A stretch of 64,000 nucleotides of DNA, from positions 78,990,001 to 79,054,000 of the forward strand of contig NC_087437.1 of the NCBI RefSeq assembly GCF_036321535.1. Direction: 5' to 3'. Positions within the stretch are counted from its first letter, which is position 1. Every line of letters starts with the position of its first letter. Below the pieces are notes generated by a model, which worked only from the letters and a program-made list of their open reading frames with translations, did not search any database and was not told the origin of the DNA. The position numbers were made by a program, and so were the translations under genes. Origin of the DNA: Camelus dromedarius. Taxonomy: Eukaryota. This document shows positions 53,130 to 64,000 of this stretch, piece by piece.

Positions 53130-53310
53130 AAGTTGAAAGAGAACTTCTAAAGTAGTTACTATAGAAAACATTCATTTAACAGTAGAAATCAGGCTCAGTA
53201 AATTAAAAAGACTTGTTCAAGGTCATAAACCTAGTTAATGGCCAGAGCTTGAACACAAGATAGTTCATCAAGATTTCAGTTTGGGTATGTTTGTTAAGTA
53301 ATTACCCTAG
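53130..53310 (-). mobile_element. MIR fragment
   Basis: 'gaaatcaggctcag...gacttgttcaaggtcataaacctagttaatggccagagcttgaac'. Confidence 0.6.
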
Positions 53311-53399
53311 TCTCCCCTAAAATATTTTAAAATATTGTATTCTGTTACTAAAACCAACATTAGTGGTTTCAATCAGCCAGTGGATTATTTTTATTCTTT

Positions 53400-54600
53400 T
53401 TAAGAATCTTGTTATAATACAAAATGCTTTCAGTAATGTATAAGATGATTAAGTGAACAGCCTAAAATATTTTTACAAACTGGACACACCCAGATTAACC
53501 CAACAACAAAGCAACCTCAGAAGTCCCCTCAAGGTTTCTCCAGTCATAACCCTTTTCTACCACCCCACCAGGAGTAATCCTTATCTTGAGTTCTAACATT
53601 ATATGCTAGCTTTTTCCTGTTCTTGTATTCCACATAAATGAAATCATACAGTTGTGTGCTCCCTTCTGTAGGCTCCTTTCTGTTTGCAAGACCCATTCAT
53701 ATGTTCTAATTGCTATGTAGTTGCATATGTTATAAATATATCAAAATTTACTTACTCATTCCATTTGTTATGCTCATTTAGGTAAATTATATTTTGGAGA
53801 TGTTATAAATAGTACTACAATAATTCATGTTGTGCATGATTTTTCATAAGTGCAAATAGGCATTTCTGTTGAATAGCTTAATAGGCTGAATTATTTCCCC
53901 CCTTCTTCAAAGTTCATGTGTTGAACCCCTCACGGCTAGTACCTCAAAATGTAACTATTTGGAAATAAAGTCTTTAAAGAAGTAGTTAGTTTAAAAATAG
54001 ATTATAAAGGTGAGTGCCCATCTAGTATAACTGGTGTCTTTATAAGAAGAGGAAATTTGGACACAGACACAGATACAGAGAGAAGACAAAGTGAAGACAC
54101 ATGGAGAAGATGACCATCTACAAGCCAAGCTGAGAATCCTGGACAGATCCTTCCTAATGGCTCTCAGGAGAAACCAGCTCTACCAAAATGTTGATCTGGA
54201 CTTCTAGCCACTAAAACCATGAGAAAAGAAAAAATTCTGTCATTTAAGCCTAATCTGTGATACTTTGCTTTGGCAGTCCTATTTAGCAAACAAATACAAG
54301 TGTATTCCGAAGAAAGGAATTACTGAGCAAAGTGTGTGCATATATACAACTCTAGTACCAAAGTTTTCTGAAGGGATTGTACAGATTTATGCTTCCTCTA
54401 GCTACATATAAGCATTCCAAGTGCTCCCATAACTTCTCCAGCACTTTGTATTTTCTTTCATTAGTCTTTTCCGGTTGGTATGAAGTAGTATCTCACGGTT
54501 GCATTTTGCATTCCCATGATGACTAATGTCGAGGCATTGTCCTACGTTTATCAGCCCTTTGGATGCCTTCTTTGATGTGAAGCCTCTCTCCATTACTGTG
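53400..54600 (-). mobile_element. L1ME-like 3' end, antisense, split by an MLT1B LTR
   Basis: 'ctggacacacccag...cagaagtcccctc...aaatgaaatcatacag' before the LTR; 'gaagtagtatctcacggttgcattttgcattcccatgatgactaatg' after it. Confidence 0.7.
53876..54298 (+). mobile_element. MaLR solo LTR, MLT1B/MLT1A-like
   Basis: 'agtacctcaaaatgtaactatttggaaataaagtcttt...ctggtgtctttataagaagaggaaatttggacacagacac...tagcaaacaaataca'. Confidence 0.88.
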
Positions 54601-56626
54601 TACTCATTTGGATGTCTTAAATTTAAGGAACATTGACTCTATCTTCTTTGCTTGTTTGAGCTGTAATTTTGTTTTGTATCCAGCTTGTCAGCTATATGGC
54701 TTATTCTTTGCCAAAGTCACCCATGGGGAAAAGTCAGGAAAGTCCTAACTAATCATTGTTGATTATATTTTATTGTTGAGATCAGTTCTTCACTGTATTA
54801 TATTTTCTTTCAAAACCAGAGAGTTAGTATTGATAATTTTTGTATTTTTCATTGATTCTACCATTCTTTATACTATAAACATGTATTTCACACTCATTAA
54901 ACTGTTCATAATTCTTCACATAAAGTGTGTTTCTCCCAAAGTGTTACACCCACTAAGCCCTTCTTTGTATGATGGACACTGATCTCTTTCCAGTTAAAGA
55001 AAATTTGCAGGATCTTTTTAAAATCCTGCTGCATTCAGAGTTTTAAGGTATCTAATAATTATTATGATTTGAGCTAAGTCAACTAAATAGCTTCAAAATT
55101 AGAGATGGCTGTGCTGTGAAACAAATGATTTACTAAAAGAGCTATTGATTTAAATCTTTGTAAATAAGCAAATAATCATTTGAAGCTTTTGATATGAATA
55201 TAATGAGTTAAAGTAATGTGCAAAGGCAAAGATTCATCACTCATCAACTATTTAATTATTTATAATTAATAGTAACAGATTTTTTTTCATGCCATGGCAA
55301 ACATTTAAGAAGAGCAGTCTTGCCCTTAAGGGCATCCATTCAAAATTAGACAACACACTCTAGATACAAAACGTCTGGGTAAAGCAAGAAGAGTCTAATT
55401 TCAAAGCAGTACATGTATTTTTAAAATTATATTTATGCACTCATAACATATAATTTATCATTATTACCCTGGTATTCAAAAACATAGCAGGTGATATCAA
55501 AGTACTGCTTACCCTTTTTTGAACTCTGAAGTGCATCCTAAGAGATTATCTAAATAGTTTATAAAATTTTACTTCCTTTTCCCACTTTACTGTTTCCTCT
55601 AAGGATTGCTTTGATTAGCTTTATGATATAAAGTTGCTGCCTTTTATAAAATACCTAACTTGTTTTTTTAAGTATTATTCTAACTTGAGAAATGTTTAGA
55701 AAGCCGGGAAATGTGTGTATTTCTTTTTAGTGCTCAGATGCTACATCAAAAAAAAGAAACTTAAATTTGTTTATGGATATTTTAAAAGAAAATCAAATAG
55801 TATTCCATGTATATGTGTCTTCAATTTTATTGCCATCCTATTATGACCTCTTAACTATTTCATTATATTGGTAACCCTGTAACAAAGTTATTAAGATGAG
55901 CAAATTTAATGAAAAAAATAGCATGTAATGAGCTTTGTAAATGCCCTTTGCAATATTTCTTTCAATACCTAATATTTTATGTAGATATGTAGAGAGTTTT
56001 TTTCTGTGACCTCTTTACCCACCCAATCTACCCTCTAAATCCTAGCTCTTTCTCACAGATGAAGAAAACTAAATTTATTGTCCAGATTCCAGGATTATGG
56101 ATAGAAATGTTGGGTTTCAAGGAGTCACAATAGTGTATGGAGGTTTCTCTTTCACTTCTTCCTTCTTTGCTGAAATAGTAGGTAGCCTGTTGTATGGAGT
56201 TCTGTAAAAGTCCCAATAAGTGAATCACAGAAGAACACCTTAAAGTGTTGAAGTAAATGGATATCTTCTTTTAAAATTAAATATGGTTTCTTGAGAATAA
56301 CTCTTCTTTTTCTGTAAAGCTTTGGTAGCAATTGGTTATTAACCGTGCAATAGCAAGTAACCAGACACTTGATTTGCTCTTTATTAACTGGATGTTTTAT
56401 AATCCACAAAGTCGTAAACTTCTGTGAAAACAGCAGTTCCCAGTCTTAAAGGTGAAATGGTATATTTGATACCAGATGTGAGTAGTGATGAAAACTCAAG
56501 TAAATTGCGTGAGCAGATTTCTCATGTTTCCACAGTAAATGTCTGCCTCATTGCCCTTCCTATCTCAGTTGATTCTTACATCCTCATGAGAAGTTTCCTG
56601 CGATGAGTTACTAAAGGAAAAAAATG

Positions 56627-57090
56627 GCATTTTAGTTTCCTATTGCTTAGTGGCATAAAACAACACAAATTTATTATCTTACAGTTCCAGAAGTCAAAAA
56701 TCCATAAAGGTTTTTGCTGGGCTAGAAATTAAGGAGTCATCAGGGCTGTATTCTTCCTGGAGAATCGAAGTGAGGATGTGTTTCTTTACCTTTTGTAGGT
56801 GCTAGAGGTCTCCTACATTCCTTGGCTCATAGTCCTTGCTCAATTTTCAAATTCAGTAGAGTAGCATAGCATCTTAAAATCTCTCTCTGATCTGATCTTC
56901 TTACCTCACTCTTACTCTTAAAAGGACCCTTGTCATTATATAGAATCTACCTGGACAATCCAAGATACTTTCCTTACCTCAAGGTCAGCTGATTGACAAA
57001 CATAATTCTACCTGCAACTTTAATTTCCCCTTGCTATGTAATGTAATATATTCCAAGTGTCCAGGTATTGGCATATGGACATACTTAACT
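56627..57090 (-). mobile_element. MaLR solo LTR, MLT1C-like
   Basis: 'aaaacaacacaaatttattatcttacagttccagaagtc...aaggacccttgtcatta...ctcaaggtcagctgatt...catatggacat'. Confidence 0.85.
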
Positions 57091-57459
57091 GTACTATATT
57101 ATTGGGTATTTGAGCTGTTTATTTTTCTCTAGTAAAAATAATGCTGCAGTGAATGTGCTCATACTGTTTATTAGGTTAGATTTGTAGTGCTGGAGTTACT
57201 AGTTCAAATGACTTTTACTATGTTTTGACAATAATATTTTTAAGTATAAAAATAAGTTTTGTTGATTTTAGAATATTTTGAAACTAAAAGAAGCACTAAT
57301 AAAATAAAAAAGATCTAATACTAAAAAAAAAGGGAGGCTAATATTGAACTCTGAATGCTTCTATTTTGTATTGGGGAACTAGTCTGGTGACTTATATCAG
57401 GTCAATTATGTTGGATTCATTAAAACACAGGATAGCCAACAGAATCTCAGGCCCATCCC

Positions 57460-58165
57460 AGTCTTCTGGTGCCCGTGAGAAGTAGATTGCCAAAATTAAG
57501 TAATTGCTTTCAATTATGGTCCTTAAAGACAATGGGAGAGAGTGTCTTCCCAGTAAGCAGAATTTCAGCTGATATATTTGGTTGTCACTTTGAATGGATA
57601 TAGCTATGACCAGATGTATAGCCATACGTATATATGCATGTGTGTGTGTGTGTATGTGTATATATGTGTGTGTGTGTGCATGTATATATATTTAGTGGAT
57701 AGTGACTAATAATTTTGTCATATGATCATGGATTTGGAAATGACAAGTTAAGAGCATTGTTAATAAGTTAGAGAAAGATATATGTTGATGAATCTTTTAA
57801 AAAATGGCAGAGTGAGAATGTTGTGACTAAAGTAAATTTATAAATTATTCTATTCTATGCAGAAGATGCCCTTATTAGTTATACAGTTAATTGTCTATGT
57901 TTTTTCCAGACATATCAGTACCTTCTCAATGGACTCATGTACAAAGTGATCATGGTAGCCTAGTTGGAACTTACTCCTGAGCTCAGTAACATGAGATTAC
58001 CTCTTAGATTACCTCTCACCAAGTCTACTTGGTATAATGCATGACTAATTGCCCAACCTATATACAGTGTAGGCTAATATTGAACTCTGAAATAATTCTA
58101 TTCTACACTGGGGGAACTAGTCTGGTAATTTATATCAGATTGATTTATTGGATCTGTTGAAACAG
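57460..58165 (+). mobile_element. ERVL internal pol remnant (RNase H and integrase zinc-finger region), disabled
   Basis: Manual translation gives SSQ*AEFQLIYLVV from 57545 (ERVL RNase H SSQWAELRAVHLVV) and SQWTHVQSDHGSLVGTYS*AQ*H...LPLTK...NCPT from 57924 (ERVL integrase AQWAHEQSGHGG...WAQQHGLPLTK...ECP). Contains stops, frameshifts and an internal TG/TA microsatellite. Confidence 0.8.
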
Positions 58166-58175
58166 AAAAGGCAGT

Positions 58176-58265
58176 AGAATCTCAGGCCCAGACCTACTGA
58201 TTCAATACCTGCATTCTAATAAACTCCCCATGTCATATGTACCTTAGGTTGGAAAAACAGTGGTC
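58176..58265. mobile_element. MER5A-like hAT fragment
   Basis: 'agaatctcaggcccagacctactgattcaatacctgcattctaataaactcccca...ggttggaaaaacagtgg'. Confidence 0.65.
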
Positions 58266-58454
58266 AGGTTATAGGTAATCTCTACTTTTAAAAAAGTGAA
58301 ATAATTGACATTTATGAGCAAAATGGCATTTTATCATGTAAGTGATACACAATATCTGCCCCTTGAAACATATGGATGATGCAAAACAAAATCAAACAAA
58401 AAACGCTTAAAAAAAACCATAGACACCCTAAGGTACAAATTTGAGGGATTTTTA

Positions 58455-58496
58455 TGATGATGATGATCATGATGATGATCATGATGATGGTGATAA
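58455..58496. repeat. Imperfect (GAT)n microsatellite
   Basis: 'atgatgatgatgatcatgatgatgatcatgatgatggtgata'. Confidence 0.85.
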
Positions 58497-58497
58497 T

Positions 58498-58636
58498 GTG
58501 GTGTTTTCAAAATTTAATGCAAATCATCTGAAGAGTTTGTTAGAATTCAGAAGGCTCAGGTAGGTTAGTCATTTTTAAGAAACTTCCAGGTAATATTACT
58601 GTTGCAAGTCCAAAGACCATACATTGAATAGCAGGG
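58498..58636. mobile_element. MER5-like hAT MITE
   Basis: 'gtgttttcaaaatttaatgcaaatcatctgaagagtttgtt...ttttaagaaacttccaggtaat...gaccatacattgaatagca'. Confidence 0.55.
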
Positions 58637-60289
58637 ATGATAATAAAATAAAGATGCTGCTGCTGATGATGATTTCAGTTATGAGAACATGGAAATCTAA
58701 CTCTCTACAGTTAATAAAAATTTTTGTGTTTAGTTATTAATATGTTATGATTCAAACAACTATTTTTCATGATTCAAAAAGTAGCTCATAATAAAATATT
58801 TTAAAATTATTATCAATGATTTTTTAAAAAAACATTTATGAGAATGTTACTATAATTAGCATATATCAAATTCACGTCAGAAAATCACCATTCTAAGTGG
58901 GTTTACTCATGAAAACAATGATAAGCTTATCTTCACATTGATTAAGCACAATAGCCTGCATAACTCAATACTGACAAAGATTAACCATGCAAAAATAGGA
59001 AAAGGGCAAACCTATATAAATTTGTCCTCATGTAAATGCTGTTGCTCCGTTGAACATGTTTCTCTTTGATATTTCACCCCAATGATATAGACTTTGTATC
59101 CTGATTTTTCCCTTCTGCTTCTGGGACTGCAGGACAGTAAGTTATATTATTTTGTTTGTTTGTTTTACTGAAAATAATTCCTTACCCAGGGTGTCTTCTG
59201 TGAAAACAGTCTGCTAGCAAGGACCAGAATATCAGAAGCTGTTCAGAAAATGCGTCTCTGACCAATGCTTCTTTGCTTTTTAAAACCTAACTAAAAATAT
59301 AGTGGCAGTGACACTCTGGGCCCTGAATTACAGATGTTTCAGTGAATCCATGAGTAAACCATTTCAATGGGTTTATTCCAAAATATATTAAAGAATTCCT
59401 AGGCATTGTTGCATTACAGTTACAAACATCAGAGAGATGGTTCTTCAATCAATGAGTCAAACAATTTACCAATTAAAAGTTAAACTGAACAGGCTAATCT
59501 AATTCTAAATCAAAATCTATATGTATCTCTATATATCAAAAATCAGTTGGTTCATAGTATTTATCTAAGAGCCAGAAGAAAAGAAAGACTTAAACAATAC
59601 TTTCCAATCATTTTTTTTAAAGAGAAGCTATACAGAAATAAATAATTAATTAGTAATACCAGTCACCTTTAATTAATATTACAATGATAGTAAGAGTTTG
59701 GAGAAATAAGAAACAACTTGGGCCAAAAACATTAGGGAAGAAGATCAAATTCAATTGATCTGTTAAGAAAAAAGATTTTGCTGGGTAAAGAACGTGGGGT
59801 GTATGTGTGTGTGTTTATGTGTTTGTCAAAGGTTCAGAAATTGTAATATTCCTATTCATTTAATTAGCTTGAAAACCTGGTATATTTTGTATTTTGGGAT
59901 AAATGCTGAGCATATAATGATTAATAAAATCTGATCCCAACTATCAGGAATGAGAAGACTAACTCAGGCACAATAATTTATAAAATGTTATGGTAAGAAA
60001 AATGTTATGGTGGAGGCATGAAGAAATGTAGTTGAGTTGAGAGTCACCATGTCTATTAAATGTGAAAGAATTTAGTGTGGGTACATATTAATGTATAAAA
60101 TACTGGCTAAAATGAAATATTAATACATAAATATTGTGAATAAAGTAAGCAAGATTGGGACCGAGACTCTAGAGGGTATTTTTATACTTAGTTTTCCTTT
60201 TCTCTTGTTTTCTTTTTGTTTCCATTTCCCCCCTTTTTTTTCATAACAAAGACTATGCAATTTTTTTTAAGGAGATAGGCTTGGCTGTT

Positions 60290-60630
60290 CTATTGTGGGT
60301 AAAAAAAAATAACATAAAATTGACCGTCTCAACCAGTTTTAAGTGTACAGTTCAGTAGTGCTTACTATATTCACACTGTTATGAAACAGATCTCCAGGAC
60401 TTTTTCATCTTGTATAATTGAAACATAATATTTACTGAGCAATAGCTCCTCTTCCCCGCCTTTCATAGCCCCTGGCAACCACAGTTCTACCTTATGTTTC
60501 TCTGAGTTTGACTATTTGTGTGTCAAACTCTTGGACTTGGAATCATGCAGTATTTGTTCTTCTGTGACTGACATTTCATTTACCATAATGTCCTCCAGGT
60601 TCATCTATATTGTCCAGGATGTCCTTTTTT
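60290..60630 (-). mobile_element. L1MB-like 3' end, antisense
   Basis: 'aacataaaattgaccgtctcaaccagttttaagtgtacagttcagtagtg...agcccctggcaaccacagttctac'. Confidence 0.8.
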
Positions 60631-60649
60631 TCCAATATATATATATACA

Positions 60650-63600
60650 TTTTTGGTTATAAATGTCCAGGAGTGCTATTTATGGGTCACATGGTAATTG
60701 CCTGTTAAGTTTTGCCAGAAAAATGCCACACTATTTTCCAGAGTATAACATTTCCTGGCTGTAATATATTATATTCTCACCAACAATGTATGAATGATCC
60801 ACATACTAGGCAGCATTTGATATTGTCATTCTGTTTTATTTGGCCATTCTGATAGGAATGTGGCAATATCCTCTGCAGTTTTAATTTGCACTTGCCAAAC
60901 AGCTAGTGATGTTAAACAACTTTTCACATGCTTACTGCCATCTGTATAACTTAAGTAAAATGTCTGTTCTTGCCTTTTTCTTATTTTCCAATTGGATTTT
61001 TTTTTTAGCTTTTGAGTTTTCAGAGTTCATTTTATAATCTATATACTAGTTTCTTGTCAGATATGTACTTTGCCTTTATTTTCTTCCAAAATTTTCATCC
61101 TCTTCACATAGCTTTTCATAGAAGAAAGTTTATAATTTTTATTAGGTTTAATTTATCAATTTTTCATTTTATGGACTGTGTTTTGATGTTGGATTTAAGA
61201 ACTCTTATCATGAACACTAATGATTTTTCTCCTATTTTTTTCTAAAAGTTTTATAGCTTTACACTTAATATTTATGTTGGTGACCCATTTTGAGTACATT
61301 TTTTGTGTAATTGAGATTCAGGTTGAAGTTTATTTTTCATGCATATGAATATCCAATTGCTCAAGTATCATTTATTGAAAAAGCCTCTATTGCATTACTT
61401 ACTCCATTGAATTACTTTTGCTTATTTGTAAAAAATCAACTGAGGATATTTGTTTGGGTCTATTTTGGAATCATCTATTCCATTTATTTATGTACCTAAC
61501 CGTTCACAAATACCATATTGTCTTGATCTTGTAGATATAAAGTAAAAATAAATATGCATTATCAGGATATAAAATTATTTTTGATTTTCTGTGTTCCTTT
61601 TATATTGTTCAGTTTAGCTGAACTCAACTCCTTTTATATTCTTCAATTTGGCTTCTATTTTTATTTAAATTTTCTATGTAGACAATCACACGACCTGCAA
61701 TTAGTTTTATTTTTTGTACTTTCCTTTTACTGTTGCTTTTATTTATTTATTTATTTAACCTTATTTCTGTGGCTAGAATTCCCAATACTATGTGGAGTAA
61801 GATTGATACGAGCAAGTATCCGTGCCTTGTTCTCAATCTTAAGAGAGTATCATTCAGTCCTTCACTGTTGGAAATTATGTCAGCTATAGATTTTCTGTAG
61901 ATATTCTTTATAAAGTTGAGGAAGTTTCCCTTAATTCCTAACTTTTGGAACATTTTTATCATGAATATGTGTTGGATTTCATCAAATGCTCTTTCTGTAA
62001 CAATATATAATTGGTGATATGGTGGATTACATGGATTTGTTCTCAGTTGTTGAACCAGCCTTGCATACCTGTAATAAATCCCAATTTGTCATGTTATATA
62101 ATTATTTCTATACATTTTGGGCTTGGTTTGTTTATATTTTTTGAGGATTTTTGTGTCTAAGTTCATGAGAGATATTGGTGTAGCATTTTTCTTTATTCTC
62201 TCTTTTTTCTCTTTTTTCTTTCTTTTTATTATATTTGTCTGGTTTTGGTATCAGGGAAATGCTAGCTTCACAAAATTACTTGGAGAGAGTTTTTCATCTT
62301 CTATATTCTAGAAAAGACTGTCACAATATGTTAATCTTTTTGCATTTCAGTTTGGAAAGTTTCTATTGACTCATCTGTAAGTTCACTGATTCTTCCTGTG
62401 GCCTTTCTGAGTCTGCTGATGAGTCCATCAAAGGCAGTCTTCATTAGTGTGACAGTGTCTTTGATTTCTAGTGTTTTCTTTTCAGGCTCTCTTAGAATTT
62501 CCATTTCTCTGCTTAAATTATCCATATATTATCTGCTGTCTACTTTTTCCATTATAGATCTTAATGTATTTATCATCAAAATTTTAAATTCTTTATCTGC
62601 TAATTCCAAAATCCATGTCAGTTTCTGAGTCTGGCTCTGATGATTGTGTTGTCTCTTCAGACTATGTTTTTCTTGCTTTTTGGCATGATTTTTTCATTGT
62701 TGAATGTCAGATATGTTACATCAGGTAATAAATTCTGAAGTAAATAGGATTTTAGTGCAAGAATTCATTTTAATTTGGCTAAGAGTTGTCCTACATTTAG
62801 TGTTGTCTATAGCTCTAAGTGCCAGAAACTTCAAATTTATTTAGTGTCCTTATTTTTGTCTCCCTTCTTGACTTTGGGCTTCCCTAGAAACTCTTCCTTA
62901 GAGAGAGACTATGTCTTGAAAGACGCTTATTAAATGGGACTTTTTTTGGTGTGAAAGTAAGGTGTAAGTGAAGATAAGTGCTCTATAATCCTCCAATTAA
63001 ACTCTTCACCTTTTAGTGAGTCTTGGACCCTCACAAATGTTTTTTTAACAGCTATATAGTTGTTTTCCTCCAGCACCCTAATCTGTCCCCTGGTGGCAGC
63101 ATTTTTCAATTTATTTCCTTGAAATGCTGATCTCTACTGGCTGCATTTTTTTTTTCCCTTATATGAGACAGAAAGGTTAGAAGTGGGAGATATTTTCTTC
63201 CTCAGGATAAGGCTCTGACAAAGGCTTTTGCCCTGGAGAACAGGCTTTTGTTACAGAGCATCTGTGGGCATATTTCATGATGATTACTCTTCCCTTCCCC
63301 TGCCAGAGCCAAGAGGGGATACTGACCAGATCTTCACCATGAAATCTTGATGGAGTTCCTAGAAGGAAAGCCCACCCTGCTCAGAATGCAGTCCCAAGGA
63401 ATTTCTTACTCTGAGACTAATCCACACTCAGCCTTCAGTAGTTCATCAAAATTATCATTTAAATTCTCCTACAGTTTGTGTCTCCAGAAGTTTCTGTTCC
63501 AGTAAATATGTCTTGGCTGTGTCTCTCTGGATGCGTCTGTCTCTCTAGATTTCTAGGTAGCAATTTTCCCTGCAACCTCAGTTCTCTGAAGCATCCAAGA
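60650..63600 (-). mobile_element. Antisense L1 (L1MC/L1MD-like): ORF2 remnants, ORF1 remnant and 5' region
   Basis: ORF 61747..61962 (KLGIKGNFLNFIKNIYRKSIADII...LRLRTRHGYLL) is L1 RT-like. ORF 62331..62525 (LEIKDTVTLMKTAFDGLISRL...RISEL) is ORF1p coiled-coil-like. Confidence 0.85.
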
Positions 63601-64000
63601 ATTACTTTCAAGCATTTTTCAGACTGAAGCCAAAACTAGAAATTCTTACTTTTTAAAAAATTTAAGTATAAAAATATTGGTAATGAAAGTAATTTATTTT
63701 AAAAAATTTTCCTATAATTATAGACATAGAGTAGACAGTTTTATGCAAACAAACGAAAAAACAAAAATCTTCGTAAACATGTTCTAGGAAACACAAAATG
63801 AATAAATAGTCATTATAAGACCTCCAGGTAATTCATGCAGATACACATACATACTCCAAAGTTATTTTTGGAAATTTCTTAAAACCAATTAGCCATACAG
63901 TCCAAATAAATTAACTCAGCCTTTAATTAAATTGTGTATAATACTGTCTGCTTTATGTGTGTACTAATTTATAAAATCCTTGAATATGAGATCTGTTAAA

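Overview
AT-rich mammalian non-coding DNA, either a gene desert or a large intron. It is very probably from a camelid, because a vic-1-type tRNA-derived SINE (10518-10677) and camelid/cetartiodactyl-type L1 3' ends are present. I found no supportable protein-coding gene, RNA gene or CRISPR array. The supplied ORFs are chance ORFs or L1 remnants; only 37863..38273 (L1 ORF2p C-terminus) and 62331..62525 (ORF1p-like) resemble real proteins. Much of the window is decayed interspersed repeats: old and young L1s, L2, MIR, MaLR/ERVL LTRs (MLT1, MLT2, LTR16/33-like), an ERVL pol remnant and hAT MITEs (MER5, MER20/112-like, MER53, MER119). Subfamily names come from my recollection of consensus sequences, not from a RepeatMasker run, and boundaries of old elements are approximate. 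The most unusual signal is a set of short, locally templated copies: exact 38-bp and 23-bp direct repeats each about 1.4 kb apart, a 30-bp L1 3'UTR piece copied into the same L1 body, an inverted micro-duplication and a 120-bp junction duplication. There are also informative nested L1 insertions. I cannot support a new biological system; these look like repair scars and insertion history.
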